Origin: Cyanophora paradoxa CCMP329
Lineage: Eukaryota > Plantae > Glaucophyta
Direction: 5' to 3'
DNA: 64,000 nt
Assembly: GCA_004431415.1 (NCBI GenBank)
Contig: QPMI01000395.1
Span: forward strand, 186,001-250,000
The notes under the pieces were generated by a model, which had not been told where the DNA came from, did not search any database, and was given only the letters and a program-made list of their open reading frames with translations. The first letter of the stretch is position 1, and each line of letters opens with the position of its first letter. A program made the translations under genes and the position numbers. Below, one piece after another: positions 43,240 through 54,300 of this stretch.

Positions 43240-46200
43240 ATGGAGGCTGCGATAGTTTCAAAGAACGCGGCGCGGGTTCGGAGCAGTCCGCGCCGCCAGA
43301 TCGCCCTCCAGCTCGTTGTTGCCATCCTGTGTCTCGGTGCGTGCCTTCGCCGCGGGGCAGATACGCGTCTTACGCACTCTCCGGAGTGCTCACGTACCTC
43401 CCGGCGCCCGTTGGCCCGCGGCCGCTGACCGCCTGCGTGTCTCGGCAGCGCTTGCGCACGGCGATGGCGTGGCGAGCGAGGCTTTGGAAGCCAGCGGCAC
43501 GGGTCGCAGTTTGAAAGAGATCGAGTGGAACGGTGCGAGGACGGGTCGCGCGCCGCTCGCAGGCGCCCCCGCCTGACGCGCCGGCGGCGGGCACGCGCAG
43601 GCTGCGTGACTGGCTCGACGAGCTCCAACGGGCAGGGCCCGACCCTTTCCCTGTCCTGCGGATTCGGGTGGATACAGAGCTTCTCGGTCGTGGAGTGGGG
43701 AACGCCGACGGGCGGCTGCTCGAACCCGCAGCAGAGCGGCTGCCACGACAACGACGCGCAGGCGAAGGTCGAGGCGCACTGCCTCGGGAAGCACAGCTGC
43801 GAGATCGAGGTCCGGCCCCCCTCTTTCTCTTCTTACGTACCCACCTCCCCGCTTTCCGTCTGAGCGGCCGGCCTGCCATGGCCAGGTCGCTATGGACACC
43901 GCCCTGCTGGGGAACCCGTGCCCGGGCCTCAAGGTCAAGACCTTCATCGCCGTCTTCCAATGCAGTGCGTTCTCGAGCATCTTTGAATAAGAAGAAGACT
44001 GATCCGTTAAGCGTTCCTGAGCATCTTTTGATAAGCGTTCTTAAGCATCTTTTTAATCCGGATGCGACCAGCGATGCACTACGTTGCGCCGACGCCGCCG
44101 CCTGCGCCGACGGTGCTCCCCACCGCCAGCCCGCTCCCCGTGGCGGCCACTCCGACCGCATCGCCCATCCCGGCGACCGAATCCCCCGTCCCCACTCCGA
44201 TTTCGGGGCCCGAGGCGCCCTCCCCCTCCCCGGTACCCGTCCTGGAGCCCACCCCCTCGCCGAGCCCCTCGCCCTCCCCCTCCCCAAGCCCGGTGCGTAT
44301 TCGCGTAACCCCCTCCCTCCCGTTTCCTGACGGTCCTGGGGGGATACCGCAGAGCGCGTCGCCGACGCCGTCGCCCACCCCCTACTACGAGCCGGGCCCG
44401 CCGCCCGTCCTGACGGGCGTGCCGGCGGCCGTCCGGCTGCCGATGTACCCCGTCCCGCTGCGCGTCTCGGTCGCGATCGCGCCGGGGGCGGCCCCCGTCA
44501 GGTCGGCGACCTTCACGGACCCCATCACGGGGGAGGAGATCCCGGCCGAGGTGAGGCGGAGAAAGTCGCTTTTCTCCGTCTTCTGAACCGCCCGCCCCCT
44601 CCCGCCAGGTCGCGTCGATGACGGAGGACGTCGTCGTGACGGCGGGCGCGCGCTCGCCTCTGCCCCCCGGCCAGTACAGCAGGTCGGGCTTGCTCGCCTG
44701 TGAACGACTCGAAATTCTTTGTTGCCTTACTTGAGGCCTCTCGCAGCGTGGTGACGGTGACGGACTGGGCCGGGGTGGCCTCGGTGACCTACCTCAACAT
44801 CACGGTCGAGGCCGGCGCCCCGCAGCTGCTCCTCGCGAACCCCGCCGTCGCCGTCGTGCTCCCGGCCCCGGGGCCCACCCTCGACATCGCCGCCACGGTC
44901 CGCTGCGGGGCGGATGGCCCGCTTCGATCTTTGCGCTGTTTTTGACGCGGTTCCCTCTGCAGGTCTGCGACCCGAACCTGACGCCCGGGGGCATGGACGT
45001 GTTCTGGATCCCGGCCCCGGGCTCGGGCCTGGCCGAGGAGGCGGCGCCGCCCGCCCTCGCCCGCTCCGCGCCGACCTGGCAGCCGCCCTCGATGTGTGAG
45101 CGGCTCGTCCTGACCGTCCCGGCGGCCTTCCCCGCCGGCTCGCGCCTGACCTACCTTCTCTACGCCTCGACGCGCGGCGTGGCGGCCGAGGCGCCCGTCA
45201 CAATTGACTTCGTGGACGCCGGACCGACCGTCGAGCTCGCGGCCGGCGGCGCCCCCTCAAACCTCACCCTCCCGTACCCCCCCTTCGCCCTCTCCGCTCG
45301 CGTCCGCGACCCCGCGTCCCCGCGGGCGCCGGCGGCGGCCTGGACGCTGTATCCCGGCGACGGCTCGGCCGTGCGGCTCGAGACGGCGCTGGGCGCCGAC
45401 GGCCTGGCGACGGCGTCCCTCCCGCGGGCGCTCCCGCCGGGGCTCTACGCCGCGCGCTGCCGGGCCGAGACCCTCGCCGGCGCCGCCGCCGTGGCCTCGG
45501 CGGACTTCCGCATCCGCCCAGGGACGCCCCTCCTGACTATGCCCTCCGCGCCCGTCTCGGCGCCGGTGGGCGAGCCCCTCGCCGTCGCCTTCACGGCCGC
45601 CCTGCCCGAGGGGCAGGGCGAGCTCGCGGCCTCGGCCGTCCTCCGCCCCACGGACCCCGACTCGCCCCTTGAGCCCCGGTCCCTCCCGGTCGTCCTGGCG
45701 CCGGCCGCGGCCTCGGCATCCGCCGCCTGCCCCGCCGACTACGTCTGCTGGGCCGGCGCCGTCTCGATGGGCTCGGACGGCCCCGCCGGCGCCTTCTCGC
45801 TGGACGTGAGCGTGCGCGGCCCGACGGGCCCCGCCGCCTCGGGCTCCGTGCCCGTCCGCGTCGCCGGCCTGCAGCTCCTCGTACCCCTGATCCTGGAGGT
45901 CCCGGCTGACACGCCCTCGATCGCCGTGCGCGTCCGCTGGCCGGCGACGGCGCCGGGCGCGCCGCCCCGCGCGTGGTTCAACTTCTCGGGCAACGGGACG
46001 GAGCTGGGCGGCGCGGCGCCGCTGGGGCCCTCGGCCCCCGTCGACGGCGACGCGGGGACCATCGAGGCCAACGCGACGCTGGCGCTGGGGCCCAAGGGAT
46101 CGCTCCTGCCGGGCGCCTACAACGTCTCCGTGGCCGCCGCCCTTGGGGCCGCCTCGGCCCCCGGCGCCTCCCTCCAGTTCGTCCTGCGGCTCACGCCGGC

Positions 46201-49200
46201 GCCCATCCCCATCCCCGGCGACGACCGCGAGGCGCGTAGCCCCCCCTACCTTCCTCCTCCCTCCCTTCGTCCGTCTCACCCCTCTCTTTCCCTCAGGTGC
46301 GGGAGGGCCAGAACTGCGGGCTCAAGTCGGGCCAGTACCTGCGCCTGAACGGGTCGGTGCTGGTGGCGCCCTGGCACCGCGACTCGTTCTACGCCGCCTG
46401 GGCCGTCGTCTCGGTCCGTCCGTCCTTCCCTCCCTCCTCCTCCTCCTTATCTTCTTGCGCTGTCTGACGCGCTCCGCTCCGCTTCGCTCCGCCTCGCGCA
46501 GGGCCCGTCCGGCTACTCGGGCGTGGCGCGCAACGCGAGCGTCGCCGTCGCCGTCTCCGACCACGACGAGCGCTGGATGCGGGTGCGCCGTCTGTCGCCC
46601 CCTTCCTCCTGGCTGGCTCCATCCCCCCGCGCCGACGTCGCCCTGTCCGGCCAGGTGTGGTACCGCCGCGTCTTCGTGTCAATCGACCTGCCGTGCACGA
46701 AGCTCGTGCCGGGGGCGTACCGCCTGCTCCTCAAGGGCCGCAACGGCGCCCTCTACAACGAGTCATCCATCACCATCCTCGTCGTCGGTGCGGCGCGCGC
46801 GCCGGACATCGCAGCGTCGGATCGGAGCGATGAGGGCGGCCCCGTCTCACTTTACTTGGCTTGGCTTCGTTCGCAGGGAACCGTGCCTTCGTGCTCTCGA
46901 CGTCGGTGTCGGGGGCGCTCTCGGGGGTCGTGGGGACGGCGGTGGGGATGAGCGTCGCCGGCTCCCTCGCCGGATCCCTCGTCGGCGCGGCCGGCGGCGG
47001 CGCCAGCGCCATGGCCCTCATCTCCCACGTCCAGGTCCGACCCGTCCGCTCAGATCAGACCTGATCCGAGGTCCTCTCTTGACCGCCGTCGCGCAGTGGA
47101 TGGGCGTGAGCGGGCGGGCCGGCGGCTCCTCGATGCCGCCGAGCTACGCGCAGTTCGTGGACGGGATGAAGTGGACGAACATGCAGTTCTCGAGCCCCTG
47201 GGGCGCCCCCCGCGCCTTCACCCGCCGCTCCGCCTCCACCTCCACCTCGCCGACCACGAGGCGCCGCCTCGCGGAGGCGGCGCTGACCTCGGAGGAGGAG
47301 ATAGAGGCGGAAGAGGCGCGCGCGGCGACCGCCTCGGCCGCCCGCGAGTCCTTCCTCACGAACCTCTTCGCGACGGCCGCCGCCCTCGCCGCCGTGCTGC
47401 TGCTGCACGTGCTGGCGCGCCTCGCGTACCGCCGGGCCCGCCCCTCCGACTCGTACCTCCCCGCCCTCCTCCGCTTCCCCCGGGTCGAGCTGGCGGCCCT
47501 GGAGTTCGCCTACAACGGCGTCTGCATCTCGGCCGCCTCGGTGCTCGCCCTCGGCGACGGCGCCTACACGGCGGCCGCCCTCGTCGTCCTCCTCGCCTTC
47601 CCCGTCGCCTACGCCTGCGCCGTGGCGGGGGCGCTCTGGGGCGCCGTGCGCCGCCGCAAGTGCGTCAAGTTCGTCGAGGAGCCGGCCGAGGCTGCCGCCC
47701 TCAAGAAGCTCCTCGGTGAGGCCGCCCGACCGGTCTTTCGAAGCCGGCGTGCGCCGCAAAGGGCTGAGCGGTTCTTTTGTTCGGTTCGCGCAGGGGGCTA
47801 CAGCGCGCTGCCGTCGCGGCCGAACGAGATCGTGGAGATGGACGACCTGACGGACGTGCGCACGGGCGGCCGCGTGAGCCGCGCCATGGCAGCCTGGTCC
47901 GGCTCCTCGACCCTCTCCGCCCCGGAGGGCGGCAAGGGCGCCTCGGGCAAGTACGAGACGAAGAGCGGCAAGCGCTTCAGCCTGTACGCAGGAGGCGGCG
48001 GCGAGCGCGACGGGTCGGACGGGTCGGGCGGCTCGAGCCCCTCGGCGCGCTCCCTCTCGCCCTCGCCGCGCCCCGGCAAGCCCGTCTGCACCGACGCCGC
48101 CGCCGGGCGCCGCGTCTCCGGCCCGCCCTCGCCGGCCCCCGCCACCCCCTCGGGCATCTCCTTCGAGATGACCTCGCGCTCCTTCCCCGCCGGCCGCCCC
48201 CGCGCTCGCCGCGGCGCGGCGCGACGGTCGCGCCCGAGCCGGGCGCCTCGGCGGCCGAGGCGGCGGAGGCGGCGAACGACATGCTCGACCTGGAGCTCGC
48301 GAGCAGCGCGGCGGGGGAGGACCCGCGGCCGGCCTCGATGCGCAACCGCTCGCTGCGTGCCTGGGGCTCCTCCCCCGACGTCGACGCCGACGCGGCCGCC
48401 TCGTCGATGCGGTCGGTGCGGCCCAAGGTCCCTCTGCTCCGCATCAACAGCCCCTCGATGAAGGCCGCCATGGCCCCGCTCCCCCTCTTCGACGAGCCGG
48501 CCGACCCCGCCCCCGGCTCGGCCGACCCCGACGGCGAGACGCGCTTCCTACGCATGGGCGCCGGCGCCGGGCCCCGCCGCCCCTCGCGTGAGGCGGAGGA
48601 CGAGGCGTTCGCGGCCGCCGCCGCCGCCGCCCTCCTCGGCGCCGTCCCACCCAAGGAGGCCGAGGCGGAGGCGGAGGCCCCCGGGCCCTCGCCCCGCCGC
48701 CGCGCCTCCGACGGCGCCGTCGCCGCCGCCGCCGCAGCGACGCCGCCGCTGGGCCCCGCGCCCGTCGTCGCCGGCCTGCGCCGCCCCTCCGCCCCCGAGC
48801 TCCCCTCCGCCTCCTCCTCCTCGGTGCGCCTGAGCTTGAACCGCCCCCTCCCCTCTTCCTTTCCCTCTCTTGACCCTTGCTCGCCCGCGCTCGCAGCACC
48901 GGGCGGCGTGGGAGTCGCCCGTGCACCCGCGCTCGCCGATGCGGCTCTCGCCGCCGAGCCCCGAGCAGTTCCTCCACCTCCAGCCGGCCCGGCCCCCGAC
49001 ACGCGAGCAGGAGGACGACGCCTTTGCGCTCGCCGCCGCCGCCGCCCTCCTCGGCGCCGTCGGCCCCGCCGCCCCCGCCAAGGAGGGCAGCGGCGACGAG
49101 GCCGACGCCGAAGGCTCCGACGGCAGCGACGCCAACGGCAACGGCCGCGGCGGCGCCCGCGGGCGGCGCGGGCGCCTGGACGCGCCGGCCCCGCCCTCGC

Positions 49201-49935
49201 CGGCCCTCTCCGCCCGCTCGGCGGCCCCGCTGCTCCCCCCGGCCCAAGACGCCGCCGCCGAGGACGGCGGCTCGTCCGAGGGCGGCGGCGCCCGCGCGCC
49301 GCGCAAGGCGGACAAGACCGACTCGCTGCGCTCCTCGTCCGTGGCCGGCGAGTGGGTCCCGACGTGCGCCGAGGGCGTCAAGTTCGTGGAGAAGTGCGGC
49401 CCGCTCTTCGAGCGCCTCTCGGGCCGCCGCTTCGCGTTCCTCTGGTCGGCCGTCGAGCTCCTCAAGAAGCTCGCCATCGCCCTCCTCGTCTCCGCCCCCA
49501 TCGACCCCCGTGCGAGATTCTCTATCTTGAAACATTTCGTATCGAAGCTCAAGTTCCCGCGCAGAGGCCCAGGTGGGCGCGCTGGTGGGACTCCAGGCCG
49601 CCACGATCGCGTACCTCGCCTTCGGGCGGCCTTTCCGCGAGCGCGGCGAGAACGCGCTGCAGGCGGCCGTCGCCGTCGGCCAGACGGTCGTCTTCGGCCT
49701 GCTGCTCGCCGTGCAGCGCGGCGCGGTCGGCGGCGAGCGCGGCGCCGAGGCGATGACGTACGCCAACCTCTGCGTCGCGGGCCTCCTCATCGCCCAGCAG
49801 GCGGTCGCCCAGTACTTCGTCCTCCGCTCCGTCCTCCCCAAGGCCTACGCCGCGCTCCGCGACCGCGCGGCGGGCCGCCGCGCCGCCGGCCGCCTTGCCT
49901 CCGTCTCCTCCAGCGTCTGCGCCCCCAGCGGCTGA
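43240..49935 (+). CDS. Large membrane protein with SUEL/galactose-binding lectin domain, Pro-rich stalk, Ig-like repeats and multi-pass TM region (spliced)
   Basis: Signal-like IALQLVVAILCL. Lectin Cys pattern LSLSCGFG..WGTPTGGC..CH..VEAHCLGKHSCEI..GNPCPG. PSPSP stalk and several hydrophobic helices at 46900..47650 and 49400..49850. Confidence 0.7.
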
Positions 49936-50585
49936 GCCGCGGCCGCGCGTTTCCGTTGATTTCCCCTTGCGCCAGCTTCGATTCCGTTGCGCTAGGCTAG
50001 AGGCTTTTTCCTGCTCCGTGTAGAGAAATCGGTTAGGGGCAGGCTTGTGTTTAGAGGGGTGTACAGGGCGATCCCAAAGGCCCCAGGCCAATTGTAGAGC
50101 AGGCCTGCCATGACAGGCTAGGACCCCCGCCAGGCCTAGGACGCCAGCGCCGCGCTTTCAAGATCAAAGATCGCTTTTTATGTAGGGATCGGCGAGCGGC
50201 CACTTTTTCAAAGTTTTCGGATCGATTTCGGGCAGCCTTTTCTCACACTCTCGAGTTACGGGATCTCGAGGAGGCGTGACCGGCTGCAGCAGCCGTCGGA
50301 CGTCGAGCTCAGCGCTGTTTTTGGAGAGGGTGTGTGCAGCAGTGCAACCGCTGAGCTTGTGTAATTAAATAAGCTTACACGTAGCAACTCATAGTAGTGC
50401 TGTGATGTCGAAGAATAACAATTTAGTAAATCATGCTCGTGATTGCCAAGGGTCAAGTCTCGCACGTGCACGAGTACGAGCTAAGCCGCTGAATTCGAAC
50501 CGTAGTACACGCATGGCCATATGGTTCTGCGCATTGCTTCTAATTCACGAACGATCGCGAGGAGCGTGCGCGCGGGGCCGGCCGC

Positions 50586-53500
50586 TCAGGCGGCGGTGAA
50601 GGAGAGCTCGAGGATGTCCTCGCGGAGCCACGCGGGCTGACCCGCGTCCCCCGCCACCTCCGCGCAGTGGCCCGCCAGCGCCCCCGCGTCACCCGCCGCC
50701 CACCTGCCCCAGCGAAGTGAGCGGCGGGGTGGGATGGGAGGGGGAGGAGGATAGGGGGGGTACAGGGCGACGGCGACGCCGTAGAGGGCGCGGGCCCTGA
50801 GGTCGGGGGGTAGGGGGCCCTCCAGGAGGCGGCGGAGCCCCGCCTCCGCTCCGGAGGGGTCCGCTCCCGCGCTGCGCCGCCCCCTTGAGAACGGGAAGCG
50901 GCGGGGGGTACGGCTCAAGCTAAGGCTTGCCGACCTTTGTGTGAGGCGTTCGATCTGGCCGGCGAGCGTGTTCGCGCCTTCTTGGGCCGAGGCCGGGGCC
51001 GAGGCCGGGGCCGGGGGGGAAAGCTCCAGAGAGCGAAGGGAGACGGCGAGGGCTGCGGCGACGTCGCCGACGTCGCCTTGCAGCGCGGGGAACTGGGGCA
51101 GCACGAAGCGGTGGAAGGGGGCGCCAGGGAGGTCGGCGGCGCAGGGGCAGCCGCAGGGCGGGGCGGCGGCGGGCTCGAGGCGGCGGGCGCGGGGCCACCA
51201 GAGGGGGTGCCGGGAGGGGTCGGCGTCGAGGGCGAGGGCTCCCAGGAGGGCGGCGAAGACCTCCGAGGGCTCCTGGGAGCCGGGGCCGGGGCCGGGGAGG
51301 CCCGGGGCGAGGCGGGCGAGGGCGCGGGCCTGGGCGGCCTTCGAGGCGAGCACGCGCCGGACCGCGTCGTGGAGCTGCCCGACCTGAAGGAAAGCTTAAG
51401 TGAGGAAGCAAGGAAGGAAGGCGACCTAAGGAAAGTTTAGGTACGGAAGTTATGTGGAGCTGCCCGATCTAAGGAAAGTTTAGGTACGGAAGTTAGGAAG
51501 GAAAGTCTAAGGAAAGGTAGTAAGGAAAGTCTAAGGAAGGAAGGAAGGAAGTAAGGCAGCAAGAGAGCGAGGAAAAGAGCGAGGGGGCGGACGGAGGCGG
51601 CGGGGAGGGCGGCAAAGGCGTGGAGGGCGGCGGCGGCGGCGAGGGCCGCCTCCCCGAGCCACGCGAGGCGCAGGCCCGCCGCCGAGCCGCTCCCAAAGAG
51701 CGCCTGCGGGGGGCGGGTGAGCCGTCCGCGGCGCCGGCCTCGCTGGATCTAGAGCTCTAATTCAAGGCTTTCTGAAGCCTTTTACGGCTTCTTGAAACTT
51801 TCTGCGTGGATGGCGCACGGTGGCGAGGAGGCGCTCGTCCGAGAAGGCGTAGCCGAGGGCGCCCTGCACCTCCGACAGCAGCCGCCGCGCCTGCGACGGG
51901 GCGACCCGCGGCGGCGAGGCCGGCACGACTGCGAAGCTCGTCAGGGCCGAAAGGAGTCGTCGGGGCGGGGCGGGGCGCACCGCTGGAGATGACGGAGCGG
52001 GTGAGGTCCTCCCCCGCGAAGACGTGCCGCGCGACGAAGGCGCGCAGCGCCCCAGGCCCGTACTCCAGCGCCACCGCCGCTGCGGAGGCGAGGCTAGGCT
52101 CGGCCGGGGCCGCACGAAAGGGGGGGGTACGCGCGCGGACCGAGGAGGGCCTCGACGGCGTCCGAGACGAGGTTGGGGGCCTGCCCGGGCTGCAGGTGGT
52201 CCTGCGCCGGTCCGCCGTCAGATGATAACTCTAGAAGCGTCTAGATCCGAAGGAAGAGCATGACATGTTTAGAAGAAGATGAAGGCATTAAGGCATCAGA
52301 AGAAGCTTAAGACAATATATTAAGAAGATGCATTAAGGCATCAGAAGAAGCTTAAGACAATATATTAAGAAGATCTAGAAGATGAAGGCGTTCGGGTCTG
52401 GGTCGAGGGCGCACGTTGCGGAGGACGGCGTGGGCGACGGGGAGCGGGGCGGCGCCCGGGGCCGGCGGGGCCGGGGCCTGCGCGCCCCCGACCGCCTGCA
52501 GGTACTCGTTCGACGTCAGGTCCCCGAACCTGACCATAATCAGATCAGACCAGGTCAGATCAGATCGGATCATATCGATCTGATCTGGCTCACTTCTGCT
52601 GGAGGTCGCGGGGGAGGGCCGCCTTGTTGGCGTCGAGGAGGGCCCAGCGGACGCAGAGGGCGAGCAGAGCGTCTCCCACCTGCGAGAGGGAGCCCGAGGC
52701 GGCTCAGGCGTGGCGGGGAGATATATACGGCCTAGGGCGGCTAGGGCTAGAGAGAGTCATCTATCTGTCTCTCTGTCTCCGACCTGCTCGAGCCGCTCGT
52801 TGCTGCCGGCCTCGCCGCCCGTCGCCGACGAGTGCGTGAGCGCCTCCGCCACGAGCGCCGGCGGGCGCGCGGGGTCCAGCTCCGCCCCCAGGTCCTCCGC
52901 GAGGCGGGCAAGGAGCGCCCCGCGCGCCACGGCGCGCCGCAGGTCCCCGAAGGCGCGGAAGGCAGTCGCCAGCGCGTCCCGCATGCGGCCTGGAGGATTG
53001 TAAGAAGGAGCAGGAGCTGAGGAGGAGGAGAACGCGCGCCCGTGACGCCCGTCTCGGCGGCGCAGTGCTCCGGGGCCAGCAGCGCCCCGCCCTCCGTGAC
53101 CAGCAGCGGCTGCCGGCGGGCGAGGAGCCGGGGCATGCCGCCGCCCTCCGCCTCGTACTTCTCCGCCAGCGCCACGAAGCGGCTGGGGTGGCACGGCTGG
53201 AAGAAGGGCACGGCGTCCTCCGTCGTCTTCTGCGAGACCTCCACCACCTGCCGAGGAATGAAATTACAAGGTATCGGCAGTGCAGGATTGCAAGTAGAGA
53301 AAGTACGCTGTAGTAGAAGCGGGCGCGGCCGGCGCCGTGGAGCCCGGCCTCGTCGGCCCGCGGGCGCCGCACGACGGCGTCCGTCAGGAGCGCCTCCACC
53401 TCGCGCCGCTCGCCCCCCGAGAGCTTCGCCTTAGGAGAGGGAGGCTTAGAAAGAGGAGAAAGAAGGGCTTAAGCTTAGCGTAAGCGTTAAGCTTAAGCTT

Positions 53501-54300
53501 AAGCTTAAGCTTAGCTTAAGCGTTAAGCTTAAGCTTAAGCTTAAGCTTAAGAAGCTTAAGAAGGGCGGGGCCGTGCGAACGAAGACGAGGCGAGAGGCGA
53601 GGAGGCCCTCCGGGGCGCGGGGCGCCAGCAGCCGGCGGGAGAGGTCCTCCGAGAGGTCCAGGGCGGCCGCGGAGCCGTCCGCCAGGCGGCACTCGCACGC
53701 CGGCGGCTCCCCGGCGCCGGCGCCCTCGCCCGCCTCGTCCATGACGAAGCCGGGGTAGAAGAGGAGGGGGCCCTCGGCGGCCATGTACGCGGGGGGCGCG
53801 GGGAGGGGCCCGTCCGCGCCGCAGAGGCCGTTGAATCGCTGGAGCCGCTCGCGCTGCGCCGCGCTGAGCGCCTGCGGTCGCGATCGCGATCGATCGCGAG
53901 AGATTCAACCCGACGAATCCGAAAGAGGGAGGGGGCGAGGGGGGGCGCACCAGCACGCCGCACTCGACGGCCGCGAGCGAGGAGAAGCGGCGGTAGGCGG
54001 AGGCGGCGGCGGCCGGGCGCGGGGCCAGCGGGCTGGGCTTGAAGGCCTCGACGTGGGCGTCGCGCAGGGGCAGGGCGAGGCGCCCGCCCGGCGGCAGCAG
54101 CGGCGTCCTCGAGGCGACGTAGAGCCCGGCGAAGCGGCGGGGGCCCAGGTGCGCCGGGTGCGGGGCCTGCCCGGGCCGGGGCGTCAGAAGGCGTGGCGCG
54201 GCGTCGACAAGGGCGACTCGCTCGCCTGCGGCAGGTCGGAGGAGAAGTGGAGGAATGTCAGAAAGAACTGCTGCGGGGGGTCCTCGGTCCTCAGCAGGGC
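50586..54300 (-). other. Dicer-like module: platform, PAZ, connector, RNase IIIa (intact), RNase IIIb (degenerate)
   Basis: IIIa: EALTHSS..SNERLEQ|VGDALL and SDAVEALLG. IIIb: LGYAFSDERLL, LRLAWLGEAAL and SEVFAALLGAL. PAZ-like LTDAVVRRP..FYY..QPLL..LAPEHC. Platform-like LSAAQRERLQRFNGLC. Confidence 0.82.
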
